Below, piece after piece: positions 11,112-21,925 of a stretch of 64,000 bases of DNA. Below the pieces are notes generated by a model. It worked only from the letters and a program-made list of their open reading frames with translations, did no database searches and was not told the DNA's origin. Each line of letters begins with the position of its first letter. Positions within the stretch are counted from its first letter, which is position 1. Source of the stretch: Heterodontus francisci (Eukaryota); the NCBI RefSeq assembly GCF_036365525.1, contig NC_090372.1, positions 91,935,754 to 91,999,753 on the forward strand, given 5' to 3'. A program made the translations under genes and the position numbers.

Positions 11112-11844
11112 GCCCCTCGCCAGAAAGACCTTTTTTGCATACTAGCAGACAGTGTTGCAACAAAGGATCCAGTCCCTGATTCCCCAATACACAGAAGACC
11201 TGGTCAGGCCAGTTTAGTCACATGACTAACTGACAGTTGGAGTTTTTTGAATTTGAACTTGCCAAAGAGTTTTAAAACTGAGAAAGCTGATCGCTCATGG
11301 ACTGAGAACACCTCACGCCTGTCTGCTCCTATCTCTTTCTCATGGAACTGAAGACCCATTGAAGCCACATGAACCCCAAGAGAGAAAAGTCTCTTACAGT
11401 GAACAAGGTTTAAGAAGCATACTGGGCCCCAATGAAAAGCAAGATTAGCTACAAGCAGAGACCACGGTGAGCTTGAAGCACAGTAACAAGAAACTCTTCA
11501 GATATTGCCTCAAACCTCTCCATTTTATTTTTCTTCTGCTCTTTCCTGTCTCTATTTGCATGTGCGTATCTCGTATGCATGCTAGCGTGGGGCGCAGCAT
11601 GTATCTGTAGGCATTAACCGAACTAGAGATTAAGTTTAAGTTTAATAAAATTTCACTTTTCTTCTTTAAACCTAAGAAAGCCTGTTTATGCTCACTTGTT
11701 TGCCTTATAATTGGTAAGTGGTGAACAAGGATTCACCAAAGGGGGAGCTCAAAACACAGTGTGCTTAAAATTAAACGCTGTTACAATAAGACCAGGTGAA
11801 GACAGTAAAAGACGCCTAGACACCTTTCTCACCTGGTCGGAACA
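11112..11844 (+). repeat. 3' LTR (5' ~115 bp and polypurine tract deleted)
   Basis: Homology to the 5' LTR begins at GCCCCTC(A/G)CCAGAAAGA; ends CTGGTCGGAACA. Confidence 0.85.
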
Positions 11845-12404
11845 ATAATGTACCTCATAACAATCTTGTTCATAAAATAGAAGCATATGGTATTAAAAGG
11901 ATGGTGGTAACTTGGGTATGAACTTAGCTAAGGGATAGGAGGCAGACAGCGGTGATGAATGAATGCTTTTCTGACTGGAAAGAAGTATGCAGACGGGGTC
12001 AATATTAGGACCATTACTTTTCTTGTTACATATAAATGATCTGGACTTTGGTATAGGGAGTACAAATTCAAACCTGGCAGATGATACAAAGAGCAAGCAT
12101 AGTAGCAGACTTCAGGAGGACATAGACAGGCTGGTAAAAAAGGCAGACATGTGGTAGGTGAAATTTAATGCGGATAAGTGTGAAGTGATGCAATTTAGGA
12201 GAAACAAAAGGGAGACGAAGTACAATCCAACTTGTACTATTTTGAGAGGGGTGCAAGAGCAGAGAGACCCGAAGGTGAATATTCATCAGTCCTTGAAGGT
12301 GGCAGGTCAAGTTGATAAGGCAGTTAAAACATATGGGATACTTGGCTTTGTAAATAAGAGCATTGAGTACAAAAATAAGGAAGTCATGCTAAACCTTTAC
12401 AAAT
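11845..12404 (+). mobile_element. CR1 ORF2 (RT), segment 2
   Basis: VPHNNLVHKIEAYGI, ADD, KFNADKCEVMQF, YKNKEVMLNLYK. Confidence 0.85.
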
Positions 12405-12465
12405 AAAAACAAGAAATGCTGGAAATACTCCACAGGTCTGGCAGCATCTGTGGAGAGAGAAGCAG

Positions 12466-12502
12466 AGTTAACGTTTCAGGTCAGTGACCCTTCTTCAGAA
12501 CT
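12466..12502 (-). ncRNA. Minimal type I hammerhead ribozyme motif in the Penelope 3' repeat
   Basis: Minus strand AGTT-CTGAAGA-AGGGTCACTGACCT-GAAAC-GTT-AACT: CUGAnGA and GAAA core, stem II GGTC/GACC, palindromic AACGTT stem III, stem I AGTT/AACT. Confidence 0.75.
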
Positions 12503-12846
12503 GGTAAATATTAGAAATGTAAAAGGTTATAAGCAAGTAAAGTGGGGATGGGGAAAGAGATAACAAAGGAGAAGGTGTAGATTGGACAAGGTCACAGAAT
12601 AGCTGACTAGAAGGTCATGGAGCAATGGCAAACAATATATTAATGGTGTGTTGAAAGACAAAGCATTAGTACAGATAGGGTGTTAACGGACCGAAAATTG
12701 AACAGCAGCAAATACAAACATGAAAAAAACAGTGGGTAAGCAAACTGAACAAACTATGATGAAATAAAAGAAGACAAACACGAAAAAGTATATAAAAAAA
12801 AAAATAACTAAAAATAAAAGTAAAATGAGGGGGGGGGGGGGGGCCG

Positions 12847-15500
12847 TCATGCTCTGAAATTATTGAACTCAATGTTCAGTTGAACAAGCTGTAGTGTCCC
12901 TAATCAGTAAATGGGATGCTGTTCCTCGAGCTTGCGTTGATGTTTACTGGAAAACTGCAGCAATCCCAGGACAGAGATATGAGCATGAGAGCAGGGGGGG
13001 GGGTGTGTTGAAATGGCAAGCAACTGGAAGCTCAGGGTCCTGCTTGCGGACTGAGTGGAGGTGTTCTGCAAAGCGGTCACCCAGTCTGCTTTTGGTATCC
13101 CCAATCTAGAGGAGACCACATTGTGAGCAGCGAATACACTATACTACATTGAAAGAAGTACAAGTAAATCGCTGCTTCACCTGAAAGGAGTGTTTGGGGC
13201 CTTGGATAGTGAGGAGAGAGGAGGTAAATGGGCAGGTATTACACCTCCTGCGATTGCAGGGGAAGGTGCTGTGGGAAGGGGACGAGGTGGTGGGGGTAAT
13301 GGAGGAGTGGACCAGGGTGTCGCGGAGGGAACGATCCCTTCGGAATGCTGACAGGGGAAGGGAGGGGAAGATGTGTTTGGTAGTGGCATCATGCTGGAGC
13401 TGGCGGAAATGGCGGAGGATGATCCTTTGGATATGGAGGCTGATGGGGTGGAAAGTGAGGACAAGGGGAACCCTGTCACGGTTCTGGGAGGGAGGGGAAG
13501 GGGTGAGGGTAGAGGTGCGGGAAATGGGCCGGACACGGTTGAGGGCCCTGTCAACCACAGTGGGGGGGAATCCTTGGTTGAGGAAAAAGGAAGACATATC
13601 AGAAGTGCTGTCATGGAAGGTAGCATCATCAGAGCAGATGCGTTGGAGATGGAGAAACTGGGAGAATGGAATGGAGTCCTTACAGGAGGCAGGGTGTGAA
13701 GAAGTGTAGTTGAGGTAGCTGTGGGAGTTGGTGGGCTTATAATGGATATTAGTAGACAGCCTATGCCCAGAGATGGAGACAGAGAAGTCGAGGAAGGGAA
13801 GGGAAGTGTCGGAGATGGACCATGTAAAGGTGAGAGAAGGGTGGAAATTAGAAGCAAAGTTGATAAAGTTTTCCAGTTTGGAGTGGGAGCAGGAAACGGC
13901 ACCGATACAGTCATCAATTTACGGAAAAAGAGTTGGGGGAGGGGGCCTGAGTAGGCCTGGAACAAGGAATGTTTGACATATCCCACAAAAAGACAGGCAT
14001 AACTAGGACCCATGCGGGTACCCATCGCAACACGTTTTACTTGAAGGAAGTGAGTGGAGTTGAAGGAGAAGTTGTTCAATGTGAGAACTTCAGCCAGGCG
14101 GAGGAGGGTGGTGGTGGATGGGGACTGGTTGGGCCTCTGTTCAAGGAAGAAGCGGAAAGCCCTCAAACCATCCTGGTGGGGGATGGAGGTGTAGAGAGAT
14201 TGAACGTCCAAAGTGAAGAGGAGGCGGTTGGGGCCAGGAAACTAGAAATTGTCAAAATGACTTAGGGCGTCAGAAGAGTCACAGATGTAGGTGGGAAGAG
14301 ACTGGACCAGCGGAGAAAAGATGGAATCAAGATAGGAAAAAATAAGTTCAGTGGGGCAGGAGTAGGCTGACACAATGGGTCTGCTGGAACAGTCCTGTTT
14401 GTGGATTTTGGGAAGGAGGTAGAAGCGGGCTGTCCGGGATTGCAGGACTATGAGGTTGGAAGCTGTAGAGGGAAGATCTCCAGAGGAGATGAGGTCAGTG
14501 ACAGTCCTGTGGACAGTAGCTTGATGTTCGGTGGTGGGGTCATGGTCCAGGGAGAGGTAGGAAGAAGTGTCTGAGAGTTGGCACTGAGCCTCTGCAAGGT
14601 AGAAGTCGGTACGTCATACAACAGCATCACCCTTGTCTGCAGGTGTGATAACAATGTCAGGGTTAGACCTGAGAGAACGGAGTGCCTCAAGTTCAGGTTA
14701 GAGTGAGTGAGGGGGGCAGAGAAATTTAGATGACCAACGTCTCGCCGACAGTTTTCAATGAAAAGATCAAGAGCGGGTAAGAGGTCAGGGGAGGGGTCCA
14801 GGTAGAGGGGGAATACTGGAGGCGGATGAATGGGTCTGCAGATCGGGGGGAGGACTCCTGGTCAAAGAAGTGAGCCCGGAGGCGGAGGCGACGGAAGAAG
14901 AGCTCAACGTCATGCCGAGCGCGAAATTCATTGAGGTGGGGGCGGAAGGGGATAAAACTGAGTCCTTTGCTGAGTACAGAATGTTCAGCATCAGAGAGGG
15001 GGAGGTCAGAGGGTATAGTGAATATACGGCAAGGGGTCAGATCAGAAGGGGTGGAGTCAGAGGGCAGTGAAGGGGAAGAAGGATCTGGAGGGGCAGTAGT
15101 CCCCATCAGCTGCTGGAGCTTGTGTTCCTTGAAAGGAAGAGAAAACGTTTTTTGTTAATGCATCGGATGAGACGAAGGATGAAATGAAACTGCGGAGTAG
15201 AACAGCTTTGAGATAAGGTGAGGCGGTGCTTCTGGAGAGAGAGGTTCAGTGTGTACATCTAGTGGTGCATAGCACTGAGTGTGGATCTCAGGATGCGGCG
15301 AGAACAGCAGTCCGAGGAACGTTGTATTTCTCGGAGATACTTGTAACCCTGGGTGGATTCAAAACATGGTGGGTGAAACAGCAGTTGGAATCCACGTGGA
15401 ATAAGTCGGAGCCAGAGACAGTCACTGAGGAAGGAGATGTGGCTGTGAAAATGGGTTTTGGTAGACACTTTATCAAACACTAGGAGGAAAATAGAAAGCA
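12847..15500 (-). pseudogene. Penelope RT-GIY-YIG ORF, 5'-truncated and frameshifted
   Basis: VLSKGLSFIP, DVQSLYTSIPH, QVKRVAMGTRMGPSYACLFVG, frameshifted YIDD region near 13910-13925, RVPLVLTFHP, CNRRRCNTC, FTCTSFNVV..CIRCSQC (GIY-YIG); stop TGA at 12847-12849. Confidence 0.85.
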
Positions 15501-15502
15501 AT

Positions 15503-16307
15503 GAAGGTGAAGCAGCGATCTATTTGTACTTCTTTCAATGTAGTATACTGTATTCGCTGCTTACAATGTTGTGTCCACTACATTGGGGAGACCAAACGCA
15601 GACTGGGTGACGGCTTTGCGGAACACCTCCACTCAGTCCAAAAGCATGACCCTGAGCTTCCAGTTGCTTGCCATTTTAACACTCTTCCCTGCTCTCATGC
15701 TCACATCTCTGTCCTGGGATTGCTGCAGTGTTCCAGTGAACATCAACGCAAGCTCGAGGAACAGCATCTCATTTACCGATTAGGCACACTACAGCCTGCC
15801 GGACTGAACATTGAGTTCAATAATTTCAGAGCATGACGGGGCCCCCCATTTTACTTTTATTTTTAGTTATTTTTTCTTTTTTTTATGTATTCTTTTGTGT
15901 TTATCTTATTTTGTTTCATCTTAGTTTGTTCAGTTTGCTTACCCACTGTTTTTTTTTCATGTTTGTACTTGCTGCTGTTCAATTTTCAGTCCGTTAACAC
16001 CCTAATCTGTACTAATGCTTTGTCTTTCAACACACCATTAACATATTGTTTGCCATTGCTCCATGACCTTCTGGTCAGCTATTCTGTGGCCCTGTCCAAT
16101 CTACACCTTCTCCTTTGTTATCTCTTTCCCCACCTCCGCTTTACTTGCTTATATCCTTTCACATTTCTAATATTTGCCAGTTCTGAAGAAGGGTCACTGA
16201 CCTGAAACGTTAACTCTGCTTCTCTCTCCACAGATGCTGCCAGACCTGCTATTTCCAGCATTTCTTGTTTTTCTTTCAGATTTCCAGCATCTGCAATATT
16301 TTGCTTT
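15503..16307 (+). repeat. Inverted pseudo-LTR of the Penelope element
   Basis: Plus-strand NVVYCIRCLQCCVHYIGETKRRLGDGFAEHL...GLNIEFNNFRA* plus 3' UTR; reverse complement of 12405-13184. Confidence 0.9.
16179..16215 (+). ncRNA. Minimal type I hammerhead ribozyme motif (second copy)
   Basis: AGTT CTGAAGA AGGGTCACTGACCT GAAAC GTT AACT, identical to the 12466-12502 copy. Confidence 0.75.
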
Positions 16308-16510
16308 TAAACCTTTACAAATCTCTGTTTAGGCCTCAGCTGGAGCATTTGCACATTCTGGACACCACACCTTAGAAAGGATGTCAAGGCCCCAGAGTAG
16401 ATGCAGAGGAGGTTTACCAAGATGATACCAGAGATCATGGAGTTCAGTTATGGTGGTGAGGTTGGAGAAGCTGGGATTGTTCCCCTTTAGAGCAGAGAAG
16501 GCTAAGAAAA
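16308..16510 (+). mobile_element. CR1 ORF2, segment 3
   Basis: Resumes LYKSLFRPQLE... after the Penelope TSD. Confidence 0.75.
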
Positions 16511-16511
16511 T

Positions 16512-16650
16512 GCTGCTCTGATGAAAGGTCATCAACCTGAAATTTTAACAGTTTCTCTTTCCACAGATGCTGCCTGAGTATTTCCAGCATTTTCCGTTTT
16601 TATTTCTATTTTTACTTCAGTTTTCCAGCATCCACTGTATTTTGGTTTTG
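16512..16650 (+). mobile_element. Short Penelope 3'-repeat fragment with degenerate hammerhead core
   Basis: CTGATGA-AAGGTCATCAACCT-GAAA followed by CACAGATGCTGCC...TTTCCAGCAT, as in 16183-16307. Confidence 0.65.
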
Positions 16651-17194
16651 TCATATATGAATGGGACTGTTTCCTACAGCAGTGATAGAATAAAAGTGGC
16701 AGTAAAGCAAACCTCACTGTCTCAATTGCTGCTTTGGGGCAGAAACAGGTAATTCAACTGGTTCTCTGGGAGAAAATTATGACCAACTCTTTTTTGGGGC
16801 AAAGTCTCAGGAGGACTCCTTGCTGCTATGTTTTATGTCAATGCAAATGTTAAATCGTTGGTTGCAGGTGGTTTTATTGAAGAAAATCCAGTCCAAACGA
16901 TGAGAGCAGCAGTGTCCATTATATGACAGCATAAAAATGTCAATACTTCTACACAGCCACAGGTCCTGATGACAATGGACATGACAGATAAGAAGACAAA
17001 TTCTTTGTCCATTTCTATAGTAATGCTGATGTTGTCATGATCATTGTTACCAAAGTTAACTAATTATTCAATATAGTACATGCTATCACTTTTCATTTGC
17101 AGACAAGCTATCAATGGCTTTCGTGGGCCTGTTGATTCTCATTGCAAACTTGGTAGAGTCATTGGATAGATGACTGTCTGGCTCTGCTGAATGC

Positions 17195-19407
17195 TGCTCT
17201 GATGATGCAACCTTCCATGACAGCACTTCTGATATGTCTTCCTTTTTTCTCAACCGAGGATTCCCACCCCACTCATAGCGTCATACAGCACAGCAACAGG
17301 CCCTTCAGCCCATCATGTCCATGCCGGCCATCAAGCACCTATCTATTCTAATCCCATTTACCAGCACTTGGCCCTGCCTCTACCACCCCTTCAGGCAGTG
17401 TGTTCCAGATTCCAACCACCCTCTAGGTGAAAAGTTTTTTCCTCAAATCCCCTCTAAACCTCCTGCCCCTTACCTTAAATCTATGCCCCCTGGCTATTGA
17501 CCCCTCCGCTAAGGGAAAAAATTTCTTTCTATCTACCCTATCTATGCCCCTCCTAATTTTGTATACCTCAATCAGGTCTCCCCTCAGCCTTCTCTGCTCT
17601 AAGGAAATCAACTCTAGCCTATCCTGTCTCTTCATAGCTGAAACGCTCCAGCCCAGGCAACATCCTGGTGAATCTCCTGTGCACCCTCTCCAGTGAAATC
17701 ACATCCCTCCGAGTGTGACGACCAGAACTGTACATTGTACTCCAGCTGTGGCCTAGCTAGTGCTTTATACAGCTCCATCATAACCTCCCTGCTCTTATAT
17801 TCTATGCCTTGACTAATAAAAGCAAGTATTCCATATGCCTTCCTAACCACCTTATCTAGCTGTGCTGCTGCCTTCAGTGATCTATGGACAAGTACACCAA
17901 GATCCCTCTGACCTTCTGTACTTCCTAGGGTCCTACCATCCATTGTATATTCATACAAGAACAGCGAAACCCACATACAAGACAGGCCCTTCCCACCCAC
18001 CCTCCAAAATTCTGGCACATACCCCCCAAAGAGTCATCATTGCAAAGCTTCTGTCCACGAAAATTCTTACCCTCATAAGTGACTTGCATCCACCAGCATA
18101 TTGTGTGTTCTTTCTCCGAGTTAATCTCAGCTCAATACCTCTGGTCATCACTGAAGAGGTACTGTACCTGCATATCCCATTTCACTCCTCGATGTACGCA
18201 CTTGCTTTTGGATTGAAATGCACCCAGTGACCTCTCATAACTACTTCCTGCTGTGGTTGACAGGGCCCTCAACCATGTCCAGCCCATTTCCCGCACCTCT
18301 ATCCTCACTCCTTCCCCTCCCTCCCAGAACCGCGACAGGATTCCCCTTGTCCTCACCTACCACCCCATCAGCCTCCACATCCAAAGGATCATCCTCCGCC
18401 GTTTCTGCCATGTTCAGCATGATGCCACTACCAAACACATCTTCCCCTCCCTTCCCCGTCAGCACTCTGAAGGGATCGTTCCCTCCGTGACACCCTGGTC
18501 CACTCCTCCATTACCCCCACCACCTCATCCCTTTCCACAGCACCTTCCCCTGCAATTGCAGGAGGTGTAATACCTGCCCATTTACCTCCTCTCTCCTCAC
18601 TATCCCAGGCCCCAAGCACTCCTTCCAGGTGAAGCAGTGATTTACTTGTATGCCTTTCAATGCAGTATACTGTATTCGCTGATCAAAATGTGCTCTCCTC
18701 TACATTGGGGAGACAAAACGCAGACTGGGTGACTGTTTTGCGGAACACCTCCGCTCAGACCGAAAGCATGACCCCGAGCTTCCGGTTGCTTGCCATTTCA
18801 ACACCGCACCCCCACTCTTATGCCCACATTTCTGTATGGGATTGTTGCAGTGTTCCAGTGAACATCAACGCAAGCTCGAGGAACAGCATCTCATTTACTG
18901 ATTAGGCGTGCCTGCCAGACTGAACACTGAGTTCAATAACTTCAGAGCATGACGGGCCCCCCTTTTTATTTTTATTTATTTTTTTATTTGTTTATTTTAT
19001 TTTAGTTCGTTTAGTTTGTTTTTACTGTGCCTACCCACTTTTTACATGTTTGTGTTTGGGGCCAGGCTGTTCATTTTTCTGTCAATTAACACCCTCTCTG
19101 CACTAACGTTTTGTCTTTCACCACACCATTAACATACCATTTGCCTTTGCTCCATGACCTTCTGGTCAGCTATTCTCTGTGACCTTGTCCTATCAATACC
19201 TTCTCTTTTGTTATCTCTTGCCCCACCCCCGCTTTACTTGCTTAAAACCTATTACATTTCTAATATTTGCCAGTTCTGATGAAGGTTCAATAACATGAAA
19301 CGTTAACTCTGCTTCTCTCTCCACAGATGTTGCCAGACCTGTGGAGTATTTCCAGCATTTCTTGTTGATATTTCAGATTTCCAGCATCTGCAGTTTTTTG
19401 CTTTTAT
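17195..19407 (+). mobile_element. Penelope-like 3' portion, interrupted by an insertion at 17274-18249
   Basis: 17195-17273 (MSSFFLNRGFP) rejoins 18250 (VVDRALNHV..RIPLVLTYHP), then GIY-YIG remnant and 3' UTR; hammerhead motif with mutated stem II at 19272-19308. Confidence 0.85.
17274..17952 (-). mobile_element. CR1 3' end
   Basis: RDLGVLVHRSLK..YKALARPQLEYNVQFWS; RRLRGDLIEVYKI; GGGCTGAAGGGCCTGTT tail. Confidence 0.85.
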
Positions 19408-19743
19408 ATCTATCAAATTAGTCTCATCTTTCCAAAGTGTGACCCCAGTTCAGGATTTTAGTAGTAGATTTTATAAATTAGCACTCCTGCAGAAGAGCTT
19501 TGCTCAATGGGAGCACATATTGGGAACTTCATTGTGGATGGATGAATTTCTGTCCATTAAAATGGATGCAGATCTGCTCAGGATGTGTTAAACTTATAAG
19601 ATTTACTCAAGGATATCTTGTTTCAGCACCAAAAAATTTGTATTTCAGATTGTTTCAGAGCCAGCTGCTGTGGGCTAATCTGATGGGTAATCACTGCATA
19701 GGAATTTAGCCCCTTGAGCCTGTTCTATGATTCAATTGAGTAA

Positions 19744-20150
19744 CTGTGGTTCACTTGGTAGCACTCTTGCCTCATAATCACAAAGTTCTGGGTTAATGTC
19801 CCACTTCACAGCTTCACCACAAAAATCAAGGCTGACACTCCAATGCAGTAGTGAGGGGGTGCTGCCTTTTGGATGAACCGAGGCCCCATCTGCCTGCTTG
19901 GGTGGATGTAAAAGATCCTATGACCCTATTTTGAAGAAGAGTAGGGGAGTTATCCCCGGTGTCTTGGCCAATATTTATCCCTCAATGAACATCATAAAAA
20001 CAGATTATCTGGTCATTATCACATTGCTGTATGTTGATGTTTGCTGTGTGCAAATTGGACTATACTTCAAAAGTATTTCATTGGCTGGTAAGCACTTCAG
20101 GACATCTGGTGATCATTAAAGGCGCTATATAAATTCAATTCTTTCTTCTC
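19744..20150 (+). mobile_element. tRNA-derived DeuSINE (SacSINE1/AmnSINE1-like)
   Basis: Degenerate tRNA head; Deu-domain-like GGATG..CCGAGGCCCC..GGTGGATGTAAAAGATCC..GAAGAAGAG..GGTGTCTTGGCCAATATTTATCCCTCAA; L2-type tail GGCGCTATATAAAT. Confidence 0.75.
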
Positions 20151-20410
20151 ATGACTCATCTACAATTTAACTCCATATATCCAACTTTGCCCCATATCCT
20201 TTTAATACCTTTGGTGAACAAAAATATCAATCTTAGATTTAAAATTAACAATTGATCTAGCATCAATTGCCCTTTGTGGAAGAAAGTTCCAAATTTCTAC
20301 CATGCTTTGTGTGTAGAACTGTTTCCTAATTTCAATCCTGAATGGTTTGGCTCCTGTCCTAGACTGCCCAACCAGCAGGAATAATTTCTCTGTATCTACC
20401 CTATCTAATG
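20151..20410 (-). mobile_element. Old CR1 3' fragment
   Basis: LDRVDTEKLF..FRIEIRKQFYTQSMVEIWNFLP on the minus strand. Confidence 0.7.
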
Positions 20411-20760
20411 TAGGATGCATGATAAGGTACTGAGCCGCAGAGACAAGAAAGGGCCAGGAATGATGTCTTCTTGCAACTCTTACTCTGTCCATTAGTCTTT
20501 TTGCATGAAAGAAAAGTTATTTAATACTGAAGTGCCTTTCAATCATGTGAGACGTACCATTGACCACAGGGTACCACAAGGATCAGTGCTTAAGCCTCAA
20601 CTCTGTATAATCCATTTCAATTACTTAGATGAGGGGTCCAAGTGAAATGTAGCCAAGTTTGCTGATGATACAAAGCCATGTGGGAAAGTAAGCTGTGAGG
20701 AGGACCCAAAGGGATATAGACGGGTTGAGTGAGTGGGCAGAAAGGTGGCAGATGGAATAT

Positions 20761-21449
20761 CTTGTGAAGGCGGCGGGCTCCTGGCACTGGGCTGCAAATG
20801 TGATGGGAACCCTTCCTCGGCCTTTTCGCACCCCTCCCGTTGTTTTGGAGGCAAAGTTTCAGGTGCCGAGATCTCTGTCCCTTTAAAGACAGGGATCCCG
20901 CCTCCAAGAGCTGCCAGGAGCAGTGGCCACTGCCATTACTGCAGAGGCCTTAGACCCATGCGCAGCAATGGAACCCACAACAGCAAAGGAAGTGAGGTGG
21001 GATCATTGGGGCCAGTCCAGAAGGCCCCAGCGAGGGAAGGTGGGGGGCTGGGTGTGGTCCAGGTGGAGGGGGCGTCCATGGAGCTGGAGGCTTTGCCAGT
21101 GGGGGTCCTCCTTGGGCCACAGATTGCTCACGGAGGAGGGACCCCTCACCAAGCCCACTTTATAAGGTGCCCTCCCCGTGTGGCAGAGGCACCCCCATCA
21201 CTGGTTAGATCCCAGCGGTGGCAAGAAGGGTCCCTTAATTGGCCATTAATAGGATACCTGAGAGCCTCAATTGGCCTTTTGGCGGGAAGGCCGTCATCAG
21301 CCTATCCCACCCCTGACAAAATCGCTTGGCGACAGGGCAGCGACAGGCCCTATGACCCCTCGCCACCCGTCACGATTTTATGGGTCCCCCACAAGCCTCC
21401 AACCCTGCCCCGGGGGTGGGGGGGGCGGGGTGCATAAATTCCAGCCCCT
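20761..21449. mobile_element. Harbinger-type MITE, left end missing
   Basis: Ends ATAAATTCCAGCCCC; internal CCCTTAATTGGCCATTAA and CCTTTAAAGACAGGGATCCCGCCTCCAAGAGCTGCC related to the 31957-32690 element. Confidence 0.65.
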
Positions 21450-21925
21450 AATGTGGGGAAGTGTTAAGTATTCACTTGGAAGGAGAAACAAAAAAGCAGA
21501 ACATTTTGTAAATTGTGAGAGACTGGGAAATGTTGATATTCAGAGAGACCTGGGTGTCCTTTTACACAAAACACAGAAAGTTAGCATGCAAATACAGCAA
21601 GGAAAGAGGAAAGCAAATGGTATGTTAACCTTTATTACAAAGCAATTGGAGTATAAGAGTGAAAGAGTTTTATTCCATTTGTATAGGGCCTTGGTGAGAC
21701 CACACCTGGAGTAGTTTTGGTCAACTTACCTATAGAAGATATACAAAGGTTCAATAGAGTGATTCCTGGGATAAGAGAATTGTCCTATGAGGAGAGATTG
21801 AGCAGGCTAGGCCTATATTCCCTCGAGTTTAAAATGATGAGAGGTGATCTCAACAAAGAACAGTACAGCACAGGAACAGGCCATTCGGCCCTCCAAGCCT
21901 GCGCCAATCATGATGCCTATCTAAA

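Larger units (their letters stand above)
7304..11844 (+). mobile_element. Gmr1-like Gypsy LTR retrotransposon, internally deleted (no RT/RNaseH seen)
   Basis: TG...CA termini, 4-bp TSD ATAA (7300-7303 / 11845-11848), two highly similar LTR copies, gag, protease and integrase relics. Confidence 0.9.
12405..16307 (-). mobile_element. Penelope-like element (GIY-YIG) with inverted pseudo-LTR
   Basis: 15-bp TSD TAAACCTTTACAAAT (12390-12404 / 16308-16322); RT and GIY-YIG on the minus strand; ~770-bp inverted duplication of the 3' ORF and UTR (12405-13184 vs 15503-16270). Confidence 0.92.

Noticed and set aside
13194-14265. Several plus-strand ORFs of 70-170 aa
   Set aside because: Antisense shadows of the Penelope ORF with no independent motifs; the same applies to most short ORFs over CR1 and MITE sequence.
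20733-21437. 234-aa ORF
   Set aside because: Runs from a CR1 fragment through a GC-rich MITE; no domain signal.
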